The translations under genes were made by a program, and so were the position numbers. The notes below the pieces were generated by a model. It made no database searches. It was not told where the DNA came from and was given only the letters and a program-made list of their open reading frames with translations. This document shows, in pieces, positions 1 to 12,872 of a DNA stretch of 64,000 bases; the stretch's first letter is position 1; each line of letters starts with the position of its first letter. The DNA is from Eledone cirrhosa. Its lineage: Eukaryota. The DNA is taken from positions 68,634,001 to 68,698,000 of the forward strand of contig OZ024744.1 of the NCBI GenBank assembly GCA_964016885.1, given 5' to 3'.

Positions 1-102
1 AATAACTGCAACAAGGAAGTAAACGACAAAATATCATTTGCGCAAACCGTAAAGAAAACGGTAAGCTACACTCCGGTAGATATTTCAAATGCAAATGAGC
101 TT

Positions 103-1594
103 TTGAATAACGCCAGACAATATGTAACTTTTGTGGAGAACGGATCAACCCCCATAAACTCTCCCCCAGATTTGCGAAGAGAAGCTGCCTTGAAAACTGT
201 GATTTTCAGGAGAAGCTCAAACAAAACACGAAAACCGAGATCAACTTTCACAAGGCGAAATTTAGTTGGCTTTAAAAAATGCCTTAAAAGACATTGCTTT
301 TATTCAGAAGGGTAGACTCTACAGGAGTTTATCCATTCTAATGAAAGACCAAATGACGGCACATAAATATTCTGTGTCGCCAATTGTGTCACCGCTGTTC
401 ACCTTTTTCCCCACTTACATGGGGAAAAGAACACAGAAAATAAAAATCCAAACTATCACACCAAATATTGACATTTGGTGGGTACTATATGGATTTTTAA
501 ACCACGAAAAAGACTATATAATATCAGTAGCTAAGTCCTCCGGTGACCTGTTCAGCGGAACTAGCCTGGAAGTTCTGGTCCAAATGACACCAGAACGAAT
601 AGCTAGGATCCCGGAACGTGTGTTGCTGGATGGGCTTATATACATAAACATTTCGGTCGAGGGTAGGTGGCCCTCATGTTACCACTGCTCAAGCAGGGGT
701 CACCTCAGAGCTTCCTGTCCTCGGCTAACTAGCCTCAAAAAGGCACTACTGCCAACACCTGCAACACCAGCACAACAATCACCACCACCACCACCACCAC
801 AACAACAACAACATAAAAAAAATAGTGACAACAAAACAAACGACAAACACAGTCCCACCCAACCCCTTCCCACCTAAAACAACTCCAGAAACACCTACAC
901 ACATAACAGCTCACCAAAACGTACCCCTCCCCAACAACACGGATGAGGCCTCATCATCGTCACCCAGTGACGATGAGGGAGAGCCTTCCGACCAGTAAAA
1001 AGAAAAAAGAAAAGACATAACACAAACAAAAATGTAACAAACACACAAACACCAACACAAGCGACGCAAACAGCACAAACAAAAACACCCCCTCCTGAAA
1101 TCAAAATACCTACTACAAAACGTAAACACACACAAGAACCACAGACAAAAAGCAACCCAACACAACAAAAATGTTACACCTACATAAATACTAACAATAA
1201 AACTTTAACAGACACCATATATCAAAACCCTTCGGTGGCTACCGAAGGGAAAACTTTTACACACTCTTCGGAGAATCCTAATCTTAAAATGATTAGGACC
1301 TCCATGGACACACATAAACAGTTAAAAGAAAAATTTCCTAACGACGTAGGTAAGCCCTGCGTCAAACCCTACAATCGAGTCCTGTTAAAATGTTTCTCCA
1401 CCCCCACCCCATCCCACCAGACATCCCCTCCCCACCAAACATCTTTGTCCCCACCCTCCAGAGACCACCACCCCACCAAACAACCCCTCCAACACCCCCA
1501 TGGAAATTGTGCAGCCTGGTCCCCAGGAGACGAAGAGGTGAGTGATTTCTTTTCCTCTTCTGTTAACTTTTCAGCACCAACATGGCCAATATAA
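103..1594 (+). pseudogene. Tx1 family A ORF1 (gag-like; zinc knuckle plus Pro/Thr-rich region), frameshifted
   Basis: ORF fragments 103-315, 266-877 and 1235-1594; homologous to ORF1 at 48634 (EGR.P.C..C...GHLRA.CP...LLPTP). Confidence 0.8.
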
Positions 1595-4500
1595 GAGTTG
1601 GATGTGTGAATGTACGCGGCCTGGGGATGCCCTGGAAACAGGGCAAACTCTTAAACGACCTCAGGTCGCACAGCATGGATGTAGTAGCCATTTGTGAGTC
1701 CAGGATCCACAGCGAGCTACAACTGGCCCCCATCTTTGACGAGTTTGAGATCTTCGCATCTCTCTGTCAGCCGGGTGGTAGGGGTGGGGTTGCCGTTTTG
1801 CTGCGGAAACACCTGGACCTCGTAACACAGACGGTACATTTGGACCCGGAGGGTCGACTGGTGGTCCTAGACGTTGACGGTAGTGAAGGTGGAGCCTTCA
1901 GGCTGGTGGCCGCATATGCCCCATCCGGAACACCGCGGCCAGACATCTTCAAACGTCTAGAAACTTTCTGGGAACGTCCCGCTCCTTGCTTTTAGTGGGG
2001 GACTGGAATGGAATCCTAGATGCATGTCCCGATAGAGGGGTGTAACAGCCTCAAACAGTTAATCGGCCGACTTGACCAGGCCGATAGATATCGACTAGAT
2101 TTTCCGACTGTGCCACTGTGGGCGTGGACTAATCGTAGCGAACATCTAGATCGTACCTAGATAGGGTTCTAGTTAGAAAGAAGGATAGGAACATGTTAAG
2201 CTGTCCACAAATGTTCATGGTTGCCTATTGAGATAACAAATTAGTGACCTGCTTAGTCAACCTTGACAAAACCCATAGACAGGGACCCGGCTACTGGAAG
2301 ATGAACATGCAAAGCCTACAGTAGACGGATTAGCACTTTAGTTAAGCAGCACTTTGTCAACAACAGATGGTGGTACTCTCTCAAGAGGGCAGTTAGATAG
2401 GTTTTAGTAAAGAATTAGTGTTAGATAGAAATAAGACCGAAAAGGAACTGGTAGATAAAGTAGAAGAGGCACTTAGGAGTGGCAACGTAGCCAGCGTGCT
2501 AGCGACGAAAACGGCCTTGGACCAGTTCTTCGACGCAAAGCATGAAGGCTGCGTTGTCAGAAGCAAAATACGTGCTCTGGGAAACGAGGGAGCCAAAGCT
2601 ATTAGCTGGGCCCGAGTGACGGAGGCGAAAAGTGGCAACAAGTCAACGATTCGGTCTTTGAAGGACCAAGACGGACGCGTGATACGTGAGCCGAAGTAAA
2701 TGTGCGCGGCCTTTCAGCGGCACTTCGCTCAACTGTTCGGGCAGGGCGGCGCGCCGAGAGGGGCTATGGATTTCGGTTCATGCCACGACGGCCTACCGCG
2801 ACTCTCGGACAGCGAGGCGAAGTTCTGCGAAAGGCCGATTTCAGCCGCTGAGATAGGAGACGTGCTGAGCCAATGCGGCAAACGCAAATCTCCAGGTCTC
2901 GACGGTCTACCCTACGAATTTTACGTAGTAATGCCGGTCTCCTGGAAGCGGTCTACTGCAATTGACAGCAGAACGGGAGAATTCCCAGTTCTGTGACCAA
3001 GGGCGTAATCACGTTAGTCAGGAAGGACGAGAACAAGGGGGGTGACATAAGCAACTTCCGGCCCATAACTCTGCTCAACACAGTGTTACAGATTTTGGCC
3101 AAGGTGTTGGCAAAGAGGCTGGCGCTTGTCGTCGAGAACCTGGTGGGAGAAGCACAGACATGCGCAATCCCGACCAGGTCCATACACGACAACCTCCACC
3201 TCATGCGATACATCATAGAGAGGGTAGGGTGTAAACCCGACTTCGGTGGGGCCCTGATCAACTTGGATCAGTCTAAGGCTTTCGATAGGGTTGACCATCG
3301 TTACCTGGATGCGGTGCTCGAGTCGGCAGGTTTCGGTCCCGTCTTCAGGGGCTGGATTGCTGCAATGCACAACAGCAACATCCGCTCAAGGGTCAAGGTG
3401 AACGGCTACCTCTCGGAGCCGTTCCATATCACACGATCCATCCGACAGGGATGCCCTCTCTCCTCCCTTCTGTACGTACTGACTCTCGAGCCACTACTGC
3501 GGAAGCTGGAGCTATTGGAGGGCACCCTTTGGAACCGGGACTGCGAAAAGCGGCGTCGGCCTACGACGACGTAGCAGTAATGGTGTCGAGCACCTCGCAA
3601 ATCGGGGAGATCGGTACCTTACTGGAGGAATACGAAAGGTTCACAGGACGAAGCTGAACCGGGACAAATCCGTCGGTTTGCAACTCGGAACGTGGAGAGG
3701 CAAACCGATGCCTTCCGCTGGACGGAAGGACCGGTAAAGCTGTTCGGGGTCTGGTTTGGTCATGACCTCCAGGTGGAGAAGAACTGGAACGAGGTGACGG
3801 CCAAGGTGTTTGCGCTCACCCAGAAGTGGGCCGAGTGCAAACTCTCCTTGAACGGTAGAGCGGAGGTGGCGAACACTTTTATAGCTCCCGTCATCTACTA
3901 CCGCTTGACCGTTGTGCCTTGTCCAGCCAAAACGCTCACCAAAATGGAGCGCGCGCACTTCCAATTCCTTTGGAAGGAACGGGCTCCTTTGGTGAGAAGA
4001 TCCATCTGCTGTCAACACCCTTCAAACGGAGGGCTGGGGTGCCGTGGCTGACGATGCGCAAACACGCGCTCAGGCTGCGGCACCTCCACGTATTCATCAC
4101 CAGACAACCGGTGTGGGCCCCGTTTGTGAGGCGAGCCTTCCCACGACTCGTCTCGCTGACCGAGTTGCAGACCTGGGTCAAGCAAATACCGAGGAAAATG
4201 GGCGACTGGCATATCGAATGTGCTCAGGTGCACACAGTCCTCTGGCGATCAGTGGAGACTCCACTTCGACATTCTATAGAGGGTTGGTCCGCAGCAAGTG
4301 CGACGACACGCTCGGAGAAATTCTAGGTGTAGAGGAGGACGAACTGGCCAGTCTGTTCGGTAGGACCTTCCGCCCAGGACCAATGGACAACTTCCAAAAG
4401 TCCCTGGCCTGGCAGTGCTACCGAGGAACCCTACCAGTTCGAGACTAGCTCTACAGACACGGGCGCCCGGGTAGGGACCCTTCGAAAAAGATCTGTCCGA

Positions 4501-4900
4501 GATGCGTGCGCCCGAGGAAACCGTCGAACACGCATTTGTACACTTCCCGGGCGTTACCGACCTGTGGGGCTATGTAGAACGACTATTGTCGCGGGTGGGA
4601 CCAATCCAGTTGACCACCGAGTCCATTGTCATGATCAAACCGCCACCTTCCTTCAAAAACGAGAGAGAGAGGCGGTTTTCCTATGTGTTATGGCTATGGT
4701 GAAAGAGGTTATATGGTGGGCAAGGTTAAAAGGGCTGATGTCAGACACCTTTCTCTCCGACGAGCAACTTATTCGTTTTTCTTTTGGAAGAAGAATCAGG
4801 ATGGAGAGAGGTGCTGAACCCCAGCAAATTTTATAAAAGGTGGGTGAATGTGTCAAAGATGGCCCGAGTGGTTGAACCTTCTCTCTATATAAGCCTGTAA
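1582..4900 (+). pseudogene. Tx1 family A ORF2 (APE endonuclease, reverse transcriptase, Zn finger), many stops and frameshifts
   Basis: Fragments 1582-1995, 2418-2996, 2993-3574, 3692-4051, 4044-4448 and 4502-4836 align colinearly with the 1143-aa ORF at 50843-54274. Confidence 0.92.
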
Positions 4901-5125
4901 GTTGAGGAAAAAGAGGAAGGGACTACTCACTCTTGGTGCTCCTCGAGATGAGGGTTGTACATTTTTTCGGGGTGTGTACAACCCCTGTGTAACACCTCCC
5001 CCCTATTGGGGATTTCAATTGTTATTTGTTATTGTATTAATAGATTTATTTTCATATACCTGTATGTAAACTCCACACTTGTATTTGTCCCCTTCTTTTG
5101 TGAGCTTGTGGCTAATAAAGAAATT

Positions 5126-5210
<85 letters not shown>
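5126..5210. repeat. (TC)n(TA)n microsatellite
   Basis: Read directly from the sequence. Confidence 0.98.
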
Positions 5211-5214
<4 letters not shown>

Positions 5215-5258
5215 AAGTTAAATAAAAGTCAAATGATTAAAATTTAGCTTCGTTTATT

Positions 5259-5313
5259 ACTGCTATATATATTTCAGTGACAACCATCTTTGGCTGTGAC
5301 CTCTTCAGGCAGT
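5259..5313 (-). ncRNA. Minimal type I hammerhead ribozyme (PLE pLTR)
   Basis: Minus strand: ACUGC-CUGAAGA-GGUCACAGCCA AAGA UGGUUGUCACU-GAAA-UAUAUA-UA-GCAGU; stem I ACUGC/GCAGU, palindromic stem III. Confidence 0.85.
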
Positions 5314-6669
5314 TTGAATTAGTATGGTATGGACAAGTACATATGTTGTTTAGGTGTATGATATTGTCAATACTCTGATATGCCCAGTTCCTTGTTGGGT
5401 TGTTATTTCACTGAGGAACTGGAGTCATATGAATTCAAACAAACGAATTTCAGTTATTAGAACATTCCTCATTCTAAGTGTTGTTATTGTTGGAGTTAGC
5501 TTAAAAATTGATAAAATGGTAGAAGGGACAAGGTGTTAAAGGAACAAAATAACAAAAAAAGTGTCAAACTTTCCATTGGTCAGTTCTGAGAGCATTCCTC
5601 AGTTAGAAGTCTATAGAATTCTTTCTGGGGTGAGGCTCCCTGTAGTGCTTTTGCCTGCTATTGTTCAGTACATTTGACCTCTACCATTATTTTGGTAGTG
5701 TTGTTGGTGTTGTGGTCAGCTTATATCTTGCTGCTGCTAACAATTTAGAAGTATCCAGTGTGTTTTTTCTTCATCCCACCCGCCACCATCATAGAAATAT
5801 AAGGCATCATAGAAATATAAGGCAATAAATGAAGAAAACAGAAAATAAATAAATAATATAATAAAATAATTAATATAATTTTAATTTATATAATTTGAAA
5901 ATAAATAAATAAATAGAGAATAAAGAATAAAGAATAAAGAATAAATGAAAAATGTGGTGAAAAAGTAATGAAAATGGATATGGAGAAGTGAGAAATAATG
6001 TAGGATAAAGTGTGTGTGTGCTATAACCAATCTCAAGGTCAGAATATGTTGGATAGATTGGTATGAGACAAGATGTTAAGATGAGATAATCCAACTAAAT
6101 GAGTTTGTGTTATAATCAATCTCAACTTTAAAATAAATATAAGGTGATACAGTGAAGAGGGCAGAAAACAAATAACAAATTAATAAAGAGAAATCAAGAT
6201 TTAAGATTGGAACTTGAAAATCAGAAATCTAGTAAATTAAAAGTGTTTGTGTTATATAGATATTGGCCAAATTATAAATGGCTGTGTCCGATTCTATCTC
6301 TAGGCTATCATGGTGTCTGCTCAGCTTGGGTTGTTCCCTATGGCTTGAGGGGAGTTCACAACCTAGGGTGTTGTTACTGCCCATATAGCTTGAGAGAGGT
6401 CTGGCCGAGAGGTGTTTTCATGTTCTCAGGCGTGACGCTAACCACCCCAGGACGGACGACCCCAACCGCAGGACACGTGGGGGGGGGAGACCACTCCACG
6501 ATGGATTTCCCGGGGCGGACAACGACCACCCCCACAAATTCGGGCCGCGAGGATAACAAAAAGCATAGAGCTCAAAGGGCAATTAACAGTGTGGAAACCA
6601 CCAGCAACCCAACAAATCTCCAACAAATCACGAAGCCCCGACCCACACATATAGGAGGAGACACCGAAA

Positions 6670-7411
6670 AATCACGTGGTACAACCCACCCTACTCAGCG
6701 GCCCTAAAGAAAAGCTTGGCCCGATTATTCTTTGGAGCACTTGACAAATGCTTCCCGAGGGACCACATATACCACAGGATCTTCAACAGACACACTGTGA
6801 AGCTTTCGTATTCCACCACGAGAAATTTGGCCCAACACATAGCTAGCATCAACAGAAGTAGGCTTAAAAACCACACACAACCAGAAGATGGCAATACAAA
6901 CACTCAGCAGAACCATGTGAAAAGAGGGAAGGGGGGGCCCAGAGCCCACCCAAGAAACCCAAACAGACCCGAGGACCCCCTACCGAGCCTGGGGGAGGAC
7001 CAACATGTAACACACAACGGGAACCCTAATCTAGGCACGCAGAGGCCGACCACCCTCTGCAACTGCAGAAACCCCGAATCATGTCCCCTTGGTAATGAAT
7101 GCCTCATGAAGAACCTAGTGTACGGTTGTAGGGTTAAAACCCCCAACTCCGAACACCTCTACATAGGAGCCACATCAACGAGCTTTAAAGACCGCTGGTA
7201 CAACCATCGCCATTCATTCAAGAAGGAGGCCAAAAGGAAAAGCACAGCTCTCTCCGACCTGATCTGGAAGCTTAAGCTGGACAGGACCCCATACTCTCTG
7301 GCCTGGTACATAATCAGGAAAGTACCACCCGATAAAGGGGGATCTTGCATATGCAAACTATGCCTAAATGAGACCCTCCCTCAAGCTATATGGGCAGTAA
7401 CAACACCCTAG
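6670..7411 (+). pseudogene. PLE ORF C-terminus: linker, Cys-rich motif and GIY-YIG endonuclease
   Basis: WYNPPYS...CFP...IFNRHTVKLSYS; CNCRNPESCPLGNEC; VYGCRVKTPNSEHLYIGATS...RWYNH. Confidence 0.88.
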
Positions 7412-7910
7412 GTTGTGAACTCCCCTCAAGCCATAGGGAACAACCCAGGCTGAGCAGACACCATGATAGCCTAGAGATAGAATCGGACACAGCCATTATA
7501 ATTTGGCCAACATCTATATAACACAAACACTTTTAATTTACTAGATTTCTGATTTTCAAGTTCCAATCTTAAATCTTGATTTCTCTTTATTAATTTGTTA
7601 TTTGTTTTCTGCCCTCTTCACTGTATCACCTTATATTTATTTTAAAGTTGAGATTGATTATAACACAAACACATTTAGTTGGATTATCTCATCTTAACAT
7701 CTTGTCTCATACCAATCTATCCAACACATTCTGACCTTGAGATTGGTTATAGCACACACACTTTATCCTACATTATTTCTCACTTCTCCATATTCATTTT
7801 CATTACTTTTTCACCAATTTTTCATTTATTCGTTATTCTTTATTCTCTATTTATTTATTTTCAAATTATACAAATTATATTAATTATTTTATTATATTAT
7901 TTATTTATTT

Positions 7911-8016
7911 TCAAATCCCGCCGAGGTTGACTTTGCCTTTCATCCTTACGGGGTCGATAAAATAAAGTACCAGTAATGCACTGGTAATTGCTGGCCTTGT
8001 GACTAAAGTAGAAACA
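7911..8016 (+). mobile_element. 5'-truncated tRNA-type SINE (family S1) in the right pLTR arm
   Basis: GCCGAGGTTGACTTTGCCTTTCATCCTTACGGGGTCGATAAAATAAAGTACCAG core; TSD ATTATTTATTTATTTTC; absent from the left arm. Confidence 0.9.
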
Positions 8017-8616
8017 ATTATTTATTTATTTTCTGTTTTCTTCATTTATTGCCTTATATTTCTTCATATACATGGAAGAACCTCCCACCACCACCACGAC
8101 CACTATGATGGTGGCGGGAGGGATGAAGAAAAAACACACTGGATACTTCTAAATTGTTAGCAGCAGCAAGATATAAGCTGACCACAACACCAACAACACT
8201 ACCAAAATAATGGTAGAGGTCAAATGTACTGAACAATAGCAGGCAAAAACACTACAGGGAGCCTCACCCCAAAAATAATTCTATAGACTTCTGACTGAGG
8301 AATGTTCTCAGAACTGACCAATGGGAAGTTTGACACTTTTTTTGTTATTTTGTTCCTTTAACACCTTGTCCCTTCTACCATTTTATCAATTTTTAAGCTA
8401 ACTCCAACAATAACAACACTTAGAATGAGGAATGTTCTAATAACTGACCAATGAGAAGAGAAGAGGACCTTTGACACTGAAATTCGTTTGTTTGAATTCA
8501 TATGACTCCAGTTCCTCAGTGAAATAACAACCCAACAAGGAACTGGGCATATCAGAGTATTGACAATATTATACACCTAAACAACATATGTACTTGTCTA
8601 TACCATACTAATTCAA

Positions 8617-8671
8617 ACTGCCTGAAGGGGTCACAGCCAAAGATGGCTGTCACTGAAATATATATAGCAGT
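8617..8671 (+). ncRNA. Hammerhead ribozyme, right-arm copy (core mutated to CUGAAGG)
   Basis: Reverse complement of the 5259-5313 motif with an A9-to-G change. Confidence 0.75.
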
Positions 8672-8817
8672 AATAAACGAAGCTAAATTTTAATCATTTG
8701 ACTTTTATTTAACTTTATTTTACACTACTCCGGAGTAACCAAACCAACCTGCGCACCTCGTCGAGTGCTCCAGCCTGCATACTGAGGTGTTGGTATACAA
8801 CCAACATAAACTCAAAA

Positions 8818-8885
<68 letters not shown>

Positions 8886-8911
8886 CAAAAGATGGTTAAA
8901 AGAGTTCCATG

Positions 8912-8982
8912 TATTTTATTATGCGCATTTCAAAAACAAATATCATCATGGGATGATATTTGCGTTCTCATCAGATAAAATA
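8912..8982 (-). ncRNA. Minimal type I hammerhead ribozyme, intact core
   Basis: UAUUUUAU-CUGAUGA-long stem II (AAAUAUCAUC paired with the GAUGAUAUUU segment)-GAAA-UGCGCA-UA-AUAAAAUA; perfect 8-bp stem I. Confidence 0.85.
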
Positions 8983-9056
8983 GGGAGACATGATATGAAG
9001 CTTAAAAAAACACTTGCGAGCAGTGAAGTGTTAAATCAACATATGAAAAATAAAAT

Positions 9057-9118
<62 letters not shown>

Positions 9119-9487
9119 ATTATATATATATAAATATATATATGTATATATATACGAGTGTATTGTTTGTGTGTGTATACTTGCATAAAATAATACTAGC
9201 ATACACAAAAGTACAATATTGGATAGTTGAATAAATTATATAATACTAAAATGTTCTCGTTGTATGTTTATTTATATGTGACTTCTTCTTAGCGGAAACA
9301 ATTGATTCTACAGGAAATGGTTTTTGATTCCTGCTTTCTCAGATAGGCGCTTTTGAATAAAACAACTTGCATTCAGTTTCATATACTACGACTCATGCAA
9401 GTAAAAGATATATTTTTATTACATAAATCAATAGAGAAGTTGGCATTATGAGCAGCCACTATAGACACACATTCATATAGACGTGTT

Positions 9488-9543
<56 letters not shown>

Positions 9544-9569
9544 CATATATTTATATATATATATATATC

Positions 9570-10010
9570 AAGAATCCTTTTACTAAGTCTACCTAAATCG
9601 GACTTCGTAGGGTTAATAAGCCGAATAGAGGGGTTGTTCGGAAAATTGGATTTGTGATCCTTCAGGGTAAAGTGGGGATAAATAGGGTCCAGAGGTTCCG
9701 TTCGGTCCAGGATGTTGAGATCAGAGGTGATTTTAAACCCAGCATCGTTGATTTAATTAATGACGTTCCGGTTAGTTTTACGGTAATCCTTAGTTACAGC
9801 ATTATGTAGCAGTTGTTGGTAAGTACTGCGCTCCACTTGATATAGGTTGCCAGTTTTGTCGGAATGGACGTGCACGGCATTAGAATTCTTAATAGAACGA
9901 ATTCTATTCTTCAGGTCCTGCTGGAAGGATTTGCTCCTATTCCGAAATTTGATACTCCGTATGAATTCCAAGACATCATTTTCGAAGGGTTACACACAAA
10001 ATGAGTGTTA
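9570..10010 (-). pseudogene. PLE reverse transcriptase N-terminal fragment
   Basis: SDKTGNLY, then TLKDHKSNFPNNPSIRLINPTKSDLGRLSKRIL; same motifs as 19721-20771. Confidence 0.85.
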
Positions 10011-10549
10011 CCACGGATACTTTACAAAAGAGATACTGTAACAACAGATTCGAGCTGCTAGAAATAGCAGCCAACAGCGTATGTGTCCGTGGTTATGTTT
10101 ATGTCACTTAACACAGACCTGTCAATTCTTCCCGTCGGAGGGGAGATCTCCCTCCCACTTTGGGGTGGGTGACAGAGGTCTTCTCTTGTGAAAATGGGTA
10201 TAGCTTTCATTATGTAAAATCTCCCTCATTTCGGCTCACTTCTCCCCGTTTTGGGTCACCTTTTTTCAGGGTACTCCCTGTTTGGGTTTTCAGAGGTTGG
10301 CAGGTGTCCGCTTAACATGGTGGTTCGATGAAAAAAAAATAATAATAATAATAAATAAATAAAAATAATAAATATCAATAAGATAAGTAGCAAACTTGAA
10401 AAAAAACAAAAAACATTAATTTGGTTGAAAAAATCGACTACAATAAAATTGGTTCTAATAAAATAATAAACGAATAATGTACGGTTGCATTTTTGATTAT
10501 TTAGAAACATAACCAATAATTTTGGAGGAGAAAGTCGATTAAATCGACC

Positions 10550-10627
10550 CTTGTGCATTACTGGTACTTTATTTTATTGACCCCCGAAACGATGAAAGGC
10601 AAAGTTAATCATGGTGAGATTTGAACG
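10550..10627 (-). mobile_element. SINE S1 fragment
   Basis: Diverged match to the S1 core (CTGGTACTTTATTTTAT...GAAAGGCAAAGTTAA...ATTTGAAC). Confidence 0.75.
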
Positions 10628-10696
10628 TATAACACAATAGAACAATAGTGAAATATACAAATACTGAAATATGATAATATTATATATGGTCTATAC

Positions 10697-11054
10697 CAGG
10701 GGTGTGCAACATATTCTATTGGCGGGCCACTTTTGAACATTGGAACAACTATTAGGGCCAATCACTGTCAAAATTATGTAATTTAATGAAAACCGGTGAA
10801 TCGAGTCATAAATACATTGTGAATACATTTTTAAGCATTAAAGACAAATAACATGGAACTGGGAAATTATAACACACATAACCATCCCAGTAAAGCCCTT
10901 TAGTATAGATCAACTAACAGAAAATTGTATTACGGTTACGAAAAAAATTCTAAGTGAGTCTACAAGGTAAAAATTAAAAACGGTCATCACGGACCACTCT
11001 AACATGTCTGCCGGGCTGGATTGTGGCCCACGGACCGCCTGTTGCACGCCCCTG
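10697..11054. mobile_element. Non-autonomous hAT (Charlie-like) MITE
   Basis: TIRs CAGGGGTGTGCAAC / GTTGCACGCCCCTG, subterminal GGGCCAC/GTGGCCC, degenerate 8-bp TSD GTCTATAC/GTATAAAG. Confidence 0.8.
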
Positions 11055-11062
11055 GTATAAAG

Positions 11063-11184
11063 AATTCAAAGTTTGAAAGCCACCACAATGTGGTTTGGAC
11101 GGACAAATAAAGACCCGTCGTTTCTTACGACTTAATTATTTATCCGTCCAATTCGCATTGTCGTAGCTTTCAAACTTCGAATTT
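11063..11184. repeat. Imperfect inverted repeat with ~48-bp arms
   Basis: AATTCAAAGTTTGAAAGCCACCACAATG...GGACGGACAAATAA versus TTATTTATCCGTCC...CATTGTCGTAGCTTTCAAACTTCGAATT. Confidence 0.8.
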
Positions 11185-11960
11185 ATAATAGTATTAATTT
11201 TTTAAAATTTTAAATGAAATGTTTCTTTTGAATATTAAATTTCTTATAAATAAAATATTTTACATACTTTTCAACAACGATTTGAAATATGTTAGTATCA
11301 ATTTTCGACTTTTACCAAGTATTGTAAGTATGGAAGGATATCTGTAACACAACGAAATTCATGTTTGTATATATACATTGAAGAGTTTTATCTGTTTTCT
11401 GGTTACTATTCTTAAAGGCTAATAGTTAGCATGTATCTGTATATCATACTTGTACACACTACATAAATATAACATAGTTAGACACACTATATAAAGATAA
11501 TCGCTGTCTCCCTCTCATATATTTACACACTGTTCTTGCTTTCCAACCGCGCCTTGCCATCCTCTTTTTAATGGTATTCTAATCGTATTTACGCACCATC
11601 TTTTTCAAAATATTCAATGCAGATTTCTTTTTAAAATGATGCCAAACGCAATCGCCCTCTAAAATTACTATCATTCTCATTCAGCAGAGCAGCGATGAAG
11701 CCAATGTATTATCTATCCAGCAACGCCAAGTAATATTTATATGCCAGAGATGAAAAAACACTTTGATTTGAATCCACAGGTCTGATGCGACAGATCGATA
11801 TTGGAGTCAAATCTATCACATAGTTAAAGACCCAGAGAGCCAATCATCCGTGAAACAATTAACGTTTGATATGCAATATAAATATCTTAAAGTGAAACAA
11901 CCTTATCTCATACATAATATATATATATATGCGTGTATATGTGTGTATATATATGAGCTC

Positions 11961-12017
<57 letters not shown>

Positions 12018-12104
12018 CAAGTACAATTACAACTAACACATATAAACACACACTAGTAAACAAAGATAGAATACAAAAACCTAAACACATACACCGAACA
12101 TTAT

Positions 12105-12340
12105 ACACATACGCAAACGCATGCGCAGAGACGGAGACAAAAATAAATAAATAAATTAATTAAATTAAAATGGCGTAATCATTACAATACAATAGGAGGG
12201 AACATGATAATAGTACCACTAATGACGTTGCAGATGTGCAACGAAAGAACTTTGTTTTACTATATATATATTTATATCTGTATTTTTAACCGTTGGTCAG
12301 TCAATGATAAACATTGATTGTCAAATAAATTAACTGTAGA
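12105..12340 (+). repeat. Dispersed repeat (second copy 15490-15735) with an HHR-like motif; probable PLE terminus
   Basis: Shared CGCATGCGCAG...GTTGCAGATGTGCAAC-GAAAGAACTTTG...CCGTTGGTCAGTCAATG; the 15600 copy has CTGACGA before the hairpin. Confidence 0.65.
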
Positions 12341-12490
12341 GATATAAAAGATACAGAAGCGAAAACCAACCAAATAGTGAGTCTGTTCTGTTATTATTTC
12401 TGGTAATATTATTACAACAATATAACCCTCCCCAAGTATAACAATATTAGTTTCGACACACCATTTCATATCAAAAGCCTTGCAAAACAA

Positions 12491-12543
<53 letters not shown>

Positions 12544-12549
<6 letters not shown>

Positions 12550-12832
12550 GGAATAGAATGAAACGAAATTTCATTTCTCACTCTTAGTACGGCACTTACT
12601 TAAATGTAAGTATGTATGTATACGTACATACATATATGTATACAGACGTACAGTAGTAGGTATATGTATACATACATGCACACATATATATATATATGTA
12701 CGTATCGGTTTACCGAACATTTATTATAATGCTCGGTTTGTTTGTTTGTAAACAAAAAAAACAGCCCGAATTACGCCGTACAGTGTTTAGGCAACCACGT
12801 CACATTTTTGTTCAGCAGTGACACAGGAACGA
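12544..12832 (-). repeat. Dispersed repeat, homologous to the HHR-bearing unit at 40117-40800
   Basis: Shared AAATGGAA.AG.ATGAAACGAAATTTC, CCGAACATTTATTATAATG.TCGG and GCCCGAATTACGCCGTACAGTG. Confidence 0.75.
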
Positions 12833-12872
12833 TATATATATATACATATATATATATATATTTATATATATA

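Larger units (their letters stand above)
1..5125 (+). mobile_element. Tx1/L1-clade non-LTR retrotransposon, family A (decayed; 5' end lies outside the window)
   Basis: ORF1 pieces with a CCHC knuckle (CYHCSSRGHLRASC). ORF2 pieces: APE endonuclease start MANIRVGCVNVRGLG (1582), then RT motifs KSPGLDGLP, FRPITLLN, DQSKAFDRVDH, RQGCPLS. AATAAA near 5114 is followed directly by (TC)n. Confidence 0.93.
5211..8820 (+). mobile_element. 5'-truncated Penelope-like element with an inverted pseudo-LTR
   Basis: Inverted arms 5211-6402 and 7371-8719 flank a GIY-YIG coding segment. Each arm carries an HHR, the right arm has a ~100 bp extension, and (TA)n lies on both sides. Confidence 0.88.

Noticed and set aside
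10020-10285. Possible hammerheads upstream of the PLE RT fragment (minus strand)
   Set aside because: Only half-motifs (GAAU instead of GAAA; CUGAAAA) and no convincing stem I.
11500-11860. Possible host exon in a non-repetitive stretch
   Set aside because: Stops in the frames examined and no recognisable protein or clear splice pair; small exons cannot be excluded without RNA data.
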